From: Chitinophaga pinensis
Lineage (GTDB): Bacteria > Bacteroidota > Bacteroidia > Chitinophagales > Chitinophagaceae
DNA length: 54,850 nucleotides
Reading direction: 5' to 3'
Assembly (NCBI GenBank): GCA_943331145.2
Contig: CALQKL020000001.1
Span: forward strand, 1 to 54,850
Position 1 is the stretch's first letter; every line of letters starts with the position of its first letter. Below, one piece after another: positions 30,905-41,332 of the stretch. The position numbers and the translations under genes were made by a program. Under the pieces are notes generated by a model, which was not told the DNA's origin, did not search any database, and saw only the letters and a list, made by a program, of their open reading frames with translations.

Positions 30905-31381
30905 ATGACCTCAACAATTTTTTCGTACGATAAATTAAAGACAATTCAGGCATTACGTTACCATTTCATTAGCCGAAAAGAAATAAAATATTTGATGATT
31001 ATCGTAAATCTATTCGCTATTATTTCTGCGAGTTTATTCTTTTTAAAAAAAATACTGCTATTTGCATTTCTTTTTAGCTCATTACTTTGGTTTGTAATGA
31101 TGATTTTATTTTGGTTTTTATTGCCTAGAATGATTTATGCAAAATCTGCGTCTTTCAAAGACAAGTTTAAAGTAGAAATGAATGAAACAACTTTCTCATT
31201 AATTCATGAAAAAGCGGATAAGAGTTGGGAATGGAATGCGTTCACTACCTGGGTAGAAAGTCCACATTTTTTTCATATTTATTTTAATAGTCGTTCCTTT
31301 TTTTTAATTCCCAAAGAAGCATTTGATGCTGACGGAATTGAACTTGCAAGGGGAATTTTAAGCAATAATATTAAAAGGTAG
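30905..31381 (+). CDS. YcxB family membrane protein
   Basis: Two TMs plus C-terminal ...FFLIPKEAF. Confidence 0.75.
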   Translation: MTSTIFSYDKLKTIQALRYHFISRKEIKYLMIIVNLFAIISASLFFLKKILLFAFLFSSLLWFVMMILFWFLLPRMIYAKSASFKDKFKVEMNETTFSLIHEKADKSWEWNAFTTWVESPHFFHIYFNSRSFFLIPKEAFDADGIELARGILSNNIKR

Positions 31382-31388
31382 TATTCGC

Positions 31389-32348
31389 CTAAAATTGTTT
31401 TTTTAACTGGATAAAACTCCATGCTAAAAAAGGTAAAATTATAAAAGCAAGCAACCAATACCAGCTTCCTAAAAGTGCGAATAGAATACTTGAAATAATG
31501 AGCAAGTAGAAAGGATAAAGCAAAAATAATAGTCCCACCACTACGGAATCATAATGGTCCATTTTTTCAAAGTACTTCCAACTTAATTTATGAACGGGAA
31601 TAAATAAAGGCGCATGAATTAATTTTCCAAGAATTGCAGGAATATGCAACATCGATTTTTTTATTGGATGCTGCTTTATATGGAATGTGTTTTTAATGGT
31701 TTCTTTTTGATGTGATTCGATTTCAACAACTAATGATTTCAATGCTGTTTTCAATTGCTCATTAAATAGTTTAATGTTTACGCCTTCTGTTTCAGTTTTG
31801 TTGAAATGCTGATTTAAAATTGGCGCTCCAAAATTGAGTTGAACATTTTTTCCAAATGAACGAAACGATTGATAGTTTATGCCTGCAGGTATTACAGTTA
31901 AATCTAAGCCTTCATTCCATGCGCTGAAGGCTAGTCTTGCTGTGCCTTTCTTTAACGCCCTCAATTTCCATTCATTTACACATAAGCCCTCACTAAATAT
32001 CAATACAATCCCATTGTTTTTAAAAATTTCCCTGCATTTAGCGAACGTGTCGTAATTGGTATTTAGATTTTCGGCACCCTCCGTAATTCTAAAAACAGGT
32101 AAGATGTTTAATGCAATTAATATTTTCGCAATCCTTTTGTTTTTAAACACATCGCCTCGTGCCAATGAATAAATGGGCTTTTTAAACAAGGCTGCTAAAA
32201 TGATGGCATCCAAAAATGAATTGGGATGATTACAAGCAATTAATAATGGACCATTATGGTTTAAAACCTTTTTGTTTTGAATGATGATATGTCTGCAAAA
32301 AAAAAGCAGGGCTAATTTAGACGGATATTTTAAAAGTTTAAATAACAA
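31389..32348 (-). CDS. PlsC-type glycerolipid acyltransferase
   Basis: NHPNSFLD, IFSEG, KKGTAR. Confidence 0.9.
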   Translation of the reverse strand: MLFKLLKYPSKLALLFFCRHIIIQNKKVLNHNGPLLIACNHPNSFLDAIILAALFKKPIYSLARGDVFKNKRIAKILIALNILPVFRITEGAENLNTNYDTFAKCREIFKNNGIVLIFSEGLCVNEWKLRALKKGTARLAFSAWNEGLDLTVIPAGINYQSFRSFGKNVQLNFGAPILNQHFNKTETEGVNIKLFNEQLKTALKSLVVEIESHQKETIKNTFHIKQHPIKKSMLHIPAILGKLIHAPLFIPVHKLSWKYFEKMDHYDSVVVGLLFLLYPFYLLIISSILFALLGSWYWLLAFIILPFLAWSFIQLKKQF

Positions 32349-32359
32349 GTTGTATAATT

Positions 32360-32908
32360 TTAATTTAGTTGTGGGTCAATTGGATAGTTGATAAGTTGCT
32401 CAAATTCGCCACCTAAGAATTTTAATGCATCTTTCCAGATTTCATTTGGCTTCGATTTGAAAATAATGTTTGTATTAACTTCAGAAATTAGCCAAGTTTT
32501 TTCAGACATTTCTTCAGCAAGCTGCTTTGGCGACCAGCCACTATACCCAATAAAAAATTTTATTTTCTCCAAATCAATTTGATTGCTATTGATCAAGTCG
32601 GTTATTGATTCAATATCGCCACCCCAAAACAAATCGTTTGATAATTTTACGCAATTTGGAATAGCAGGATATTGATGCAAAAAATGAATGGAATTTAAAC
32701 CAACGGGCCCCCCTTTAAAAACTGGAATGTTTTCAAGGTTAATGCTAGTTAAAAGTTGATGTAAAAAATAATCTGTAGTTTCATTTTGAATTAAACCAAA
32801 ACTTCCATCATCATTATGTTCGCAAATGAAAACAACAGATCTTTTAAAATTCAAATCTTTAAGAAAGGGATCTGCGATTAAAAAAATATTTTCATTCAAA
32901 GGAATCAT
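32360..32908 (-). CDS. YqgE/AlgH family protein
   Basis: FKRSVV, GGPV, GYSGW..QL; ATG at 32908 chosen as start. Confidence 0.9.
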   Translation of the reverse strand: MIPLNENIFLIADPFLKDLNFKRSVVFICEHNDDGSFGLIQNETTDYFLHQLLTSINLENIPVFKGGPVGLNSIHFLHQYPAIPNCVKLSNDLFWGGDIESITDLINSNQIDLEKIKFFIGYSGWSPKQLAEEMSEKTWLISEVNTNIIFKSKPNEIWKDALKFLGGEFEQLINYPIDPQLN

Positions 32909-33100
32909 GCCACTAAAATAAATAAAAGAACTCAATTAATTTGTAATGCATATTTCAAGTCTGCTATAAAATAATTGTTATAAATGCGGGTTAAAAATTA
33001 TCATTACATATGTAATCAAGATAAAACCATTTTTTCTACATTAAATTTGTAAAAATTGGATTAAACCATAAAAAATTATTTAGCGAAATAAATCACTCTG

Positions 33101-34423
33101 ATGAAAAAAATATTCCCAATAATAATTGTATTGATTTCTTTATCGTTACTTGGCTTGATTTATTTTCAATTTATTTGGTTAACAACCGCAAAAGAAACAA
33201 AAGAGAAACAATTAAAGGAGAATATATTTTTTGCGGCAAATGAAGCTGCTGAACAATTAATGAATGAGAAATCCAATTTTAAATCGTTCAATAAAAAAAC
33301 AGAAAAATTAATACAGAATGAAAAGAAGCGGCTTGAAATTTTTAGGCCATCTGTAATGCAACGTTATTCAAAAGATGAGATTCAGGCCATCATAAGAAAT
33401 TCGATGGATAAACATTTTTTAAAAGGAGTTTCGTTTGAGTTTGCGGTGTCGGATAATAGTATAACTGGAGATCAGGTTCAAAGCGATCAGTTTTTTAAAT
33501 ATTACTTAGATTCTGTAAACAATACCAATTTCGCCATTCCGCTACAACCCGCGCCAGGAAGTGAATTTGAGAACTTAACCGATGAAGAATATCTGGTAAT
33601 CATTGTTCCCAATCAAGAAGATATTATTTTTAGAGAAATCATTTGGTTTATTATCGGTACGATTTTGTTTTCCATAATAATAACAACCGCGTTTTTTATT
33701 ACCATCAAGGCTTTACTTAATCAGAAAAAACTAAGTGAAATTAAATCTGATTTTATAAACAACATGACGCATGAATTTAAAACGCCGATAGCTACTATTT
33801 CATTGGCAGTAGATGCTTTAAAAAATGAAAAAGTAATACATGACAAAGAGAAATCAGCTTATTTTACGAGCATAATAAAAGAAGAGAACAAGCGGATGAA
33901 CAAGCAGGTAGAAGCGATTTTGCAAGCAGCTTTGTTAGATAAAAAAGAGATTGAAATTCATTCAAAAAAAGCAAGCGCGCATGATTTGATTCAACAAGCC
34001 ATTAATAATATTGAATTGCCATTGGCTGAAAAAAATGGGAAATTAAACATTGCTTTAAATGCCAAAAACGATTTGCTTCTTTTAGATGAAGTACATTTTA
34101 TAAACTTGATCAATAATTTGTTAGACAATGCCATAAAGTATTCAAAAGAAACAGGCTTAGAAATCAGTATATCTACAGAAAATCACTTTAATCAGTTCAG
34201 GATTATTATTGTTGACAATGGTATTGGCATGAATAAGGAAACATCGAGCCGCATATTTGAGAAGTTTTACCGGGCACATACAGGAAATATCCATAATGTA
34301 AAAGGCTTTGGTTTAGGACTTAGCTACGTAAAAGCAATGGTAGAGGCACAAAAAGGGAATATAAAAGTTGACAGTATTTTAGGTAAGGGAACCACATTTA
34401 CCCTTAGTTTCCCCGTAGTATAG
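33101..34423 (+). CDS. Sensor histidine kinase with no adjacent response regulator
   Basis: Two TMs; NMTHEFKTP H-box, NLLDNAIKY, DNGIG, GFGLGL. Confidence 0.95.
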   Translation: MKKIFPIIIVLISLSLLGLIYFQFIWLTTAKETKEKQLKENIFFAANEAAEQLMNEKSNFKSFNKKTEKLIQNEKKRLEIFRPSVMQRYSKDEIQAIIRNSMDKHFLKGVSFEFAVSDNSITGDQVQSDQFFKYYLDSVNNTNFAIPLQPAPGSEFENLTDEEYLVIIVPNQEDIIFREIIWFIIGTILFSIIITTAFFITIKALLNQKKLSEIKSDFINNMTHEFKTPIATISLAVDALKNEKVIHDKEKSAYFTSIIKEENKRMNKQVEAILQAALLDKKEIEIHSKKASAHDLIQQAINNIELPLAEKNGKLNIALNAKNDLLLLDEVHFINLINNLLDNAIKYSKETGLEISISTENHFNQFRIIIVDNGIGMNKETSSRIFEKFYRAHTGNIHNVKGFGLGLSYVKAMVEAQKGNIKVDSILGKGTTFTLSFPVV

Positions 34424-34430
34424 AATAAAG

Positions 34431-34543
34431 TTTTCCACACCTATCCACATTAATTCACAATGAATTTCACAAAAACAGTGGTTTTTACACTATAAATTGG
34501 GTAAAAAACGCTGAAAATATGTGGATTATGTCATTGTGGATAA
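34431..34543. promoter_or_regulatory. DnaA-box cluster upstream of mraZ
   Basis: TTTTCCACA 34431, CTATCCACA 34441, TAATTCACA 34451, AATTTCACA 34463, TGTGGATTA 34520, TGTGGATAA 34535. Confidence 0.6.
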
Positions 34544-34571
34544 ATGTCTAATATCTTTTTAATGTAAAAAA

Positions 34572-34596
34572 GTGGGAAAAAGTGTTATTTTGTGTT
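34572..34596 (+). promoter_or_regulatory. Putative MraZ operator (GTG repeats, 10-bp period)
   Basis: GTGGG 34572, GTGTT 34582, GTGTT 34592. Confidence 0.6.
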
Positions 34597-34628
34597 GAAA
34601 TAAATTTTTAACAGCACAATTTCCTATC

Positions 34629-35096
34629 ATGATTGGTTTTTTAGGCGAATATGAATCAACGGTTGATGCAAAAGGACGTTTTCTGCTACCTGCGGGATTT
34701 AAGAAACAATTGCCCGAAGGAGAGAAAGCAAGTTTTGTATTAAACAGAGGTTTTGAGAAATGCCTGACTTTGTATCCAATGCAAAGCTGGGAACCAATCT
34801 TTAATGAGATCAACGCGTTGAATGATTTCGATCCCAAAGTTAGATCGTTTAGACGAATTTTTTTGAATGGCGCAAATCAAATTGAATTGGATTCTGCGGG
34901 AAGGATTCTATTGCCAAAATCATTGATAGAATATGCGGGGTTGGATAAAGATATTGTGCTGATTGCTGCTGTAAATAAAATTGAAATTTGGGATAAAGCA
35001 ACATATCAAGCTTTTTTTGATTCAATGTCGGCTGATGATTTTAGCAATTTGGCAAATGAGGTAATGAACAAATCAAAAGGGAATCCGAATACTTGA
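34629..35096 (+). CDS. mraZ: Division/cell wall cluster repressor MraZ
   Basis: DAKGR and DSAGR motifs, IEIWD. Confidence 0.97.
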   Translation: MIGFLGEYESTVDAKGRFLLPAGFKKQLPEGEKASFVLNRGFEKCLTLYPMQSWEPIFNEINALNDFDPKVRSFRRIFLNGANQIELDSAGRILLPKSLIEYAGLDKDIVLIAAVNKIEIWDKATYQAFFDSMSADDFSNLANEVMNKSKGNPNT

Positions 35097-35101
35097 TAAT
35101 T

Positions 35102-36052
35102 ATGCTGTCAAACCAAGAAATAAACGGCAATAATCAAGTTGATGAAAACAGTGAAGCCTATCATATTCCTGTTTTGCTTTTGGAAACTGTGGAAGGATTG
35201 TCGATTAAAGAAAATGGAATTTATGTGGATTGTACGTTTGGTGGAGGTGGACATAGCAAAGAGATCTTAAAAAAGTTGGGTTCGGATGGTCGGTTATTTG
35301 TTTTTGATCAGGATATGGATGCGAAAGCGAATTTGCCAAATGATGAAAGGGTTGAATTTGTACCACAAAATTTCAGACATATTCAGCGGTTTTTAAGATT
35401 GCTTGGGGTTCAAAAAGTGGATGGTATTCTGGCGGATTTGGGTGTTTCAAGTCATCAGTTTGATGAGGCAGAAAGGGGGTTTTCAATTCGTTTTGATGCC
35501 GACTTAGACATGAGAATGGACAAAAGACAGTTGCTTACTGCAGTAAAGGTTTTAGCAACTTACGATGAACAAGCATTGCATAAGTTATTTGAAAAATACG
35601 GGGAAGTTAGCAATTCGAAAACATTGGCTAGAACAATTGTTGCAAAGCGAAATCATATGCCAATGCAAACCATCAATCAATTTAAGCAAGTTATTCGTGA
35701 AGTGGTAATGGGAAACCCCAACAAATATTTGGCTAAAGTTTTTCAAGCAATTAGAATAGAAGTTAATGATGAAATGGGTGCTTTGAAAGACTTACTTGAA
35801 CAATCATTGAATTTGTTGAATCCTGGTGGTCGAATTGCAATAATAACTTTTCACTCTCTAGAGGATAGGATGGTTAAAAATTTTTTCAAAACGGGTTCAA
35901 TTGAAGAGGTGCAAGCAGATGATGTTTTTGGAATAAAACCAAAAAGCCCTTTGAAAATAATAACCAAGAAACCTATTGAAGCAACAACGGAAGAATTAAA
36001 AAGAAACAATAGATCAAGAAGTGCAGGATTAAGAATAGCAGAAAAAATATAA
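35102..36052 (+). CDS. rsmH: 16S rRNA m4C1402 methyltransferase RsmH
   Basis: HIPVLL, DCTFGGGGH, DLGVSS, LDMRM, FHSLED. Confidence 0.97.
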   Translation: MLSNQEINGNNQVDENSEAYHIPVLLLETVEGLSIKENGIYVDCTFGGGGHSKEILKKLGSDGRLFVFDQDMDAKANLPNDERVEFVPQNFRHIQRFLRLLGVQKVDGILADLGVSSHQFDEAERGFSIRFDADLDMRMDKRQLLTAVKVLATYDEQALHKLFEKYGEVSNSKTLARTIVAKRNHMPMQTINQFKQVIREVVMGNPNKYLAKVFQAIRIEVNDEMGALKDLLEQSLNLLNPGGRIAIITFHSLEDRMVKNFFKTGSIEEVQADDVFGIKPKSPLKIITKKPIEATTEELKRNNRSRSAGLRIAEKI

Positions 36053-36054
36053 AG

Positions 36055-36411
36055 TTGACAACAGAAAAAAAAATATCAAACAGTACGAACGAAAAAATGG
36101 ATTGGAAAAAATATTTCAATTATAGAAATATTGTAGAGAATGTTGGATTCATTTTGTTTTTGTCTACGCTTGCAATTGCTTACATCTATAATGGACATTA
36201 TGCAGATAAATTAAGTAGAAAAATAAGCAAAACAGAACATAGCGTAAAAGAATTGGAATACGAATACAAAACAATAAAAAGTGAGGTGATTTACAGAAGC
36301 AAAGCAACGGAGATGATAAAATCAGTTGAACCATTGGGCTTAAAAGAATTAAAACAACCACCTATTTTATTGAATGTAACAGATTCAACAAAAAATCAAA
36401 ACCAGAACTAA
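36055..36411 (+). CDS. ftsL: FtsL-like cell division protein
   Basis: One TM plus coiled coil, between rsmH and ftsI. Confidence 0.8.
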   Translation: MTTEKKISNSTNEKMDWKKYFNYRNIVENVGFILFLSTLAIAYIYNGHYADKLSRKISKTEHSVKELEYEYKTIKSEVIYRSKATEMIKSVEPLGLKELKQPPILLNVTDSTKNQNQN

Positions 36412-36413
36412 TC

Positions 36414-38540
36414 TTGGAAATCAGAAAAGACATTTTATGGCGAGTTTATGTATGCTACATTGGCATCATGATCATTGGTGCATTAGTGCTTGCCAAAACT
36501 TTCTATATACAACAAGTTGAAGGAAAGTTCTGGAGAGGAATGGGTGATAGTTTACATCTTAAATATATGCCTATTAATGCAGCTAGAGGTAGTATTTATA
36601 GTGAAGATGGAAATATTTTGAGTACGTCAATTCCGGTTTTTGATGTGTATGTTGACTTTTGTGCGGAAGGTTTAAGGGCGAAAAACGGATTGTTATTTAA
36701 AGAAAACATTGATTCTTTAGCATTGAGAATGAGTCAGGTTTTTGGAGATAAGTCTAAGGAAACCTACAAAAATGATTTGGAGTTGGCTTATCAAAATAAA
36801 GAGCGATATTATTTACTCAAGCGCAAAATATCTTATGATGAAATGAGTACAATGCGCGATTTTCCATTGGTTAGATTAGGTAGAAATAAAAGTGGTTTCA
36901 TTTATGATATTCGAGATAAACGCATTAATCCCTATGTATTATTAGCAAACAGAACCATAGGCCTTTCAAGGAAAGATTCTTCAAAGAATGTTGGACTTGA
37001 AAGGACCTATGATAGTTTGCTTCGCGGTGAATCTGGACAAAGATTAATGCGTTATGCATCTGGTGCATATATGCCAGTGGAAGGTGCCGAAGTGGATCCT
37101 ATAAATGGAAAAGACATCATCACTACATTAGATACCTACATTCAAGATGTTGCAGAAGATGAGCTCATGCAAATGATGGTAGGAAACAATTCAGAACATG
37201 GCAGTGTGATTGTAATGGAAGTTGCCACAGGAAAAATCAAAGCTATTGCCAATTTAGGAAAAGAATCAGAAGGGGTTTATACTGAAAATTTAAATTATGG
37301 AATTGGCAAAGCAACTGAACCAGGTTCGGTATTTAAGTTGGCTACATTATTGAGTTTGCTTGATGATAAATATGTAACTAATGATACCAAAGTTGATTGT
37401 GAAGGTGGCGTAAAAAGCTTTTATGGATTAAAAATAAAAGATTCGCATAAAGGTACAGGAGTAATAACGGTTAAAGACGCATTTGCAAGAAGTAGTAATG
37501 TTGCTTTTGCAAAATTGGCAAACGAATATTATCAAAATCAACCTACGAAATGGTACCAGCATTTGGATCGTTTTAGATTGACAAAATTAACTGGAATCGA
37601 TATCGTTGCTACATCAGGAAGGCCAACAATAAAAAGCCCTTCTTCAAAAAGCTGGGGTAAAACAACCATTCCTTATATGGCACATGGGTATGAAGAATTG
37701 GTTACTCCCTTACACATGTTGATGCTTTATAATGCTGTAGCCAATAATGGTAAAATGATGAAGCCGTACTTGGTAAATTCTGTTAAAGAAAATGGCGTTG
37801 AAATTCAAAAATTTGTACCTCAAGTTTTAGTAGATAAGATTTGTAATGACGACGCAATTGCTCAAGCTAAAGCATGTTTGAGAGCTGTTGTAGATAGCGT
37901 TCATGGTACTGGGTATAAAATATTGACTGATTCGAATTATTCAATTTCGGGAAAGACAGGTACTGCAGTATCCGCTTTGAACAATACTGGATACAACAAA
38001 GGCAATAAGATTTATCAATCATCTTTTATTGGTTATTTCCCTTCTGAAAATCCAAAGTATTCAATTGCCGTTGTTATACAAAATAACAAAGAGTCAAAAC
38101 AATATTATGGCGCATTGGTTGCAGGAAAGGTGTTTAAAAAAGTGAGCGATCGCATTTTTAATCATTTTTTGAGTAAACCCAATTTTAAAAACGAAGCTGT
38201 TTTAGATACTTCTGTTCATAACTATTTTGGCATTAAAACTGATTTGCATTCCATTTTTTCTGGACTAGGCATTACTTATGCAGATTCAAATGCATCTGGT
38301 TTATGGCGCAATGCAAGTTTATCTGGGAAAAAAGCCATGCTTGCAGAATCTTTACAATTAAATACGGCAAACAACATAATGCCCAATTTGGTGGGAATGG
38401 GTTTAAAAGATGCGTTGTATCTATTGGAAAACAAAGGACTAACGGCAACCATTAGTGGAAAAGGAAAAGTGATTAGTCAAAGTTTATATCCAGGTACTTC
38501 ATTTAAAAAAGGTCAAAAAATTATATTAATGCTCAATTAA
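36414..38540 (+). CDS. ftsI: Penicillin-binding protein FtsI (PBP3) with C-terminal PASTA domain
   Basis: RGSI, EPGSVFK, SSN, GKTGTA. Confidence 0.93.
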   Translation: MEIRKDILWRVYVCYIGIMIIGALVLAKTFYIQQVEGKFWRGMGDSLHLKYMPINAARGSIYSEDGNILSTSIPVFDVYVDFCAEGLRAKNGLLFKENIDSLALRMSQVFGDKSKETYKNDLELAYQNKERYYLLKRKISYDEMSTMRDFPLVRLGRNKSGFIYDIRDKRINPYVLLANRTIGLSRKDSSKNVGLERTYDSLLRGESGQRLMRYASGAYMPVEGAEVDPINGKDIITTLDTYIQDVAEDELMQMMVGNNSEHGSVIVMEVATGKIKAIANLGKESEGVYTENLNYGIGKATEPGSVFKLATLLSLLDDKYVTNDTKVDCEGGVKSFYGLKIKDSHKGTGVITVKDAFARSSNVAFAKLANEYYQNQPTKWYQHLDRFRLTKLTGIDIVATSGRPTIKSPSSKSWGKTTIPYMAHGYEELVTPLHMLMLYNAVANNGKMMKPYLVNSVKENGVEIQKFVPQVLVDKICNDDAIAQAKACLRAVVDSVHGTGYKILTDSNYSISGKTGTAVSALNNTGYNKGNKIYQSSFIGYFPSENPKYSIAVVIQNNKESKQYYGALVAGKVFKKVSDRIFNHFLSKPNFKNEAVLDTSVHNYFGIKTDLHSIFSGLGITYADSNASGLWRNASLSGKKAMLAESLQLNTANNIMPNLVGMGLKDALYLLENKGLTATISGKGKVISQSLYPGTSFKKGQKIILMLN

Positions 38541-38552
38541 GAGCAAAAGCTT

Positions 38553-40013
38553 ATGCTAAAAGATATTCTATATAAGGTAAACATAAATTCCATATCCGGC
38601 ACAACGGATTTGGAAATAAAGAATCTGAAAACAGATTCTAGAGCGGTTACCTTAGGTAGTTGTTTTGTAGCCATAAAAGGTGTTTCAGTTGACGGACATG
38701 ATTATATAAATACAGCCATACAAAATGGTGCAGTAGCTATTATCTGCGAATGCTTACCTCTGCAACTTCAGGATAATGTAACTTATGTAGAAGTTAAAAA
38801 TACTGCACAAGCTTTAGGGATGATGTGTCATCATTTTTTTGGTGAACCATCATCTCATTTAAAAGTTGTTGGCGTAACTGGAACAAACGGAAAAACAACC
38901 ATTGCCACTTTACTTTGGAAATTGTTTACCTCACTTGGTTATACCTGTGGTTTAATCAGTACGGTTCAAAATCAAATTGGCGATGATATTATTGAATCTA
39001 CACACACTACACCTGATGCTATTCAGCTAAACGAATTGTTGAAGAAAATGGTTGACCATGGATGTACCTATGTTTTCATGGAATGTAGCAGTCATGCTAT
39101 TCATCAGCAACGTATAGCTGGTGTTGAATTTACAGCTGCTGTATTTAGCAATATTACACATGATCATTTGGATTATCATAAAACATTCGATGCATACATT
39201 CAAGTAAAAAAATCTTGGTTTGATGATTTGCCAAAAGAGGCCATTGCCATTTCTAATGCTGATGATAAAAGAGGGTCTGTGATGCTTCAAAATTGCAAAG
39301 CAAAAAAATATTATTATAGTTTAAAAACGCTTGCTGATTTTAAAGGTAAAATTTTAGATAATGCGCTTTTAGGCTTACATATGAATATCAATGATACCGA
39401 TGTTCATTTTAAATTGATTGGCGAATTCAATGCATATAACATTCTTGCTGTTGTAGGTGTAGCATTGAGTTTGGGCGAAGATAAATATCAAGTGCTTCAA
39501 CATTTAAGCATGCTAACCGGTGCTGAAGGCCGATTTGATTATACGGTAAGTGCAAAAGAAAATATTGTTGGTATTGTAGATTATGCACATACACCAGATG
39601 CATTATTAAATGTTTTGGTTACCATAAAAAATTTACGTCAAGGCGAACAAAAGATTATTACTGTGGTCGGTTGTGGTGGAAATAGAGATGCTGCAAAAAG
39701 GCCTTTAATGGCTGAAGTAGCTTGTCAATATAGTGATAAAGTGATTCTGACTTCCGATAATCCAAGGTTTGAATCGCCTGATGAAATTTTGAAACAAATG
39801 GAAGCTGGTGTAAATGTGGTTAGTAGAAAAAAATGCCTAACCATAAGCGATAGAAAAGAAGCCATTAAAACAGCCATCAGTTTTGCAAATCATGCTGATA
39901 TTGTTTTAATCGCAGGAAAAGGACATGAAAAATATCAAGATGTAAATGGTGTAAAGCATCCTTTTGATGATAAGTCCGTTTTAATGGAAATGCTTGAACT
40001 TTTAGAAAAATAA
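38553..40013 (+). CDS. murE: UDP-MurNAc-tripeptide synthetase MurE (DAP-type DNPR)
   Basis: GTNGKTT, HDHLDYH, DYAHTPD, SDNPR, GKGHE. Confidence 0.97.
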   Translation: MLKDILYKVNINSISGTTDLEIKNLKTDSRAVTLGSCFVAIKGVSVDGHDYINTAIQNGAVAIICECLPLQLQDNVTYVEVKNTAQALGMMCHHFFGEPSSHLKVVGVTGTNGKTTIATLLWKLFTSLGYTCGLISTVQNQIGDDIIESTHTTPDAIQLNELLKKMVDHGCTYVFMECSSHAIHQQRIAGVEFTAAVFSNITHDHLDYHKTFDAYIQVKKSWFDDLPKEAIAISNADDKRGSVMLQNCKAKKYYYSLKTLADFKGKILDNALLGLHMNINDTDVHFKLIGEFNAYNILAVVGVALSLGEDKYQVLQHLSMLTGAEGRFDYTVSAKENIVGIVDYAHTPDALLNVLVTIKNLRQGEQKIITVVGCGGNRDAAKRPLMAEVACQYSDKVILTSDNPRFESPDEILKQMEAGVNVVSRKKCLTISDRKEAIKTAISFANHADIVLIAGKGHEKYQDVNGVKHPFDDKSVLMEMLELLEK

Positions 40014-40033
40014 AATAATAAAAAAGAATAATT

Positions 40034-41332
40034 ATGTTATATCACTTTTTTGAATGGCTGTCTAAAGAAGGTTACCGATTTGTTGGTGGCGGACTTTTCC
40101 AGTTCATCACATTCAGGGTGATGTTGGCTTTGATTTTATCATTGGTAATAACAACAATTTTTGGTAAGAAAATTATTCTTTTTTTACAAAATAAACAATT
40201 GGGTGAAACGGTAAGAGATTTGGGATTGGAAGGTGAGAAACAAAAAATGGGCACACCGACAATGGGTGGTATCATCATTATTTTGGCAATAATTATTCCT
40301 ACTTTGTTGCTGGCTAATTTAGATAAAGTGTACATCAGATTAATGTTGCTTTGTACGGTTTGGCTAGGTGCTATTGGTTTTATTGATGATTATTTGAAAA
40401 TAAGAGCAAAAAGAATTGCTAAAGAAAAAGGAATTGACTTCAAAAAAACAAACGCAGATGGGCTAGCTGGAAAGTTTAAAATATTTGGACAAGTAATGCT
40501 TGGGATAGTAGTTGGAGCCACACTTTATTTTAACCAAAGTGTAGTGGTAAAAAGAGAAGTGATAACAAATGTGCCTTTTACACAAAATAATAGTTCAGTA
40601 AACAAAACAAAATTTGATGTAATCACTATAGATGGGAAAAAGCGTGTTTTTACAAATGCAAAAAATGTAATTACAACCATACCATTTGTGAAAGGTCACG
40701 AATTTAATTATGCCAAATTGTTGCCGCAATCATTAGAGCAATACACTTACATCATTTATATCCTAATTGTAATTTTTATTGTTACGGCTGTTTCCAATGG
40801 GGCAAATATTACAGATGGTTTAGACGGATTGGCAACTGGTGTTAGTGCCATTATTGGTATTTGCTTAGGCATTTTTGCTTATGTGAGTGGTAACATAAAA
40901 TTTGCTGAGTATTTAAACATTATGTACATACCCAATTTGGGCGAGTTGTCCATATTTATTGCAGCATTTGTAGGTGCTTGTATTGGATTTTTATGGTACA
41001 ATGCATATCCAGCACAAGTCTTCATGGGAGATACCGGTAGTCTTGCGCTTGGTGGAATTATTGCAGCACTAGCCATTATCGTTAGAAAAGAATTGTTGAT
41101 TCCAATTTTTTGTTCTGTGTTTTTAATTGAAAATATGAGTGTAATGATACAGGTGGGTTATTTTAAATACACCAAAAAGAAATATGGAGAAGGAAGACGT
41201 GTTTTTTTAATGAGCCCATTGCATCATCATTATCAAAAAAAAGGATTTCACGAGAGTAAGATTGCAGTGAGATTTTGGATTGTTACAATACTAAGTGTAG
41301 CGCTTGCAATTGTAACCTTAAAGATGAGATAA
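40034..41332 (+). CDS. mraY: Phospho-MurNAc-pentapeptide transferase MraY
   Basis: [30 protein letters not shown]. Confidence 0.98.
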   Translation: MLYHFFEWLSKEGYRFVGGGLFQFITFRVMLALILSLVITTIFGKKIILFLQNKQLGETVRDLGLEGEKQKMGTPTMGGIIIILAIIIPTLLLANLDKVYIRLMLLCTVWLGAIGFIDDYLKIRAKRIAKEKGIDFKKTNADGLAGKFKIFGQVMLGIVVGATLYFNQSVVVKREVITNVPFTQNNSSVNKTKFDVITIDGKKRVFTNAKNVITTIPFVKGHEFNYAKLLPQSLEQYTYIIYILIVIFIVTAVSNGANITDGLDGLATGVSAIIGICLGIFAYVSGNIKFAEYLNIMYIPNLGELSIFIAAFVGACIGFLWYNAYPAQVFMGDTGSLALGGIIAALAIIVRKELLIPIFCSVFLIENMSVMIQVGYFKYTKKKYGEGRRVFLMSPLHHHYQKKGFHESKIAVRFWIVTILSVALAIVTLKMR

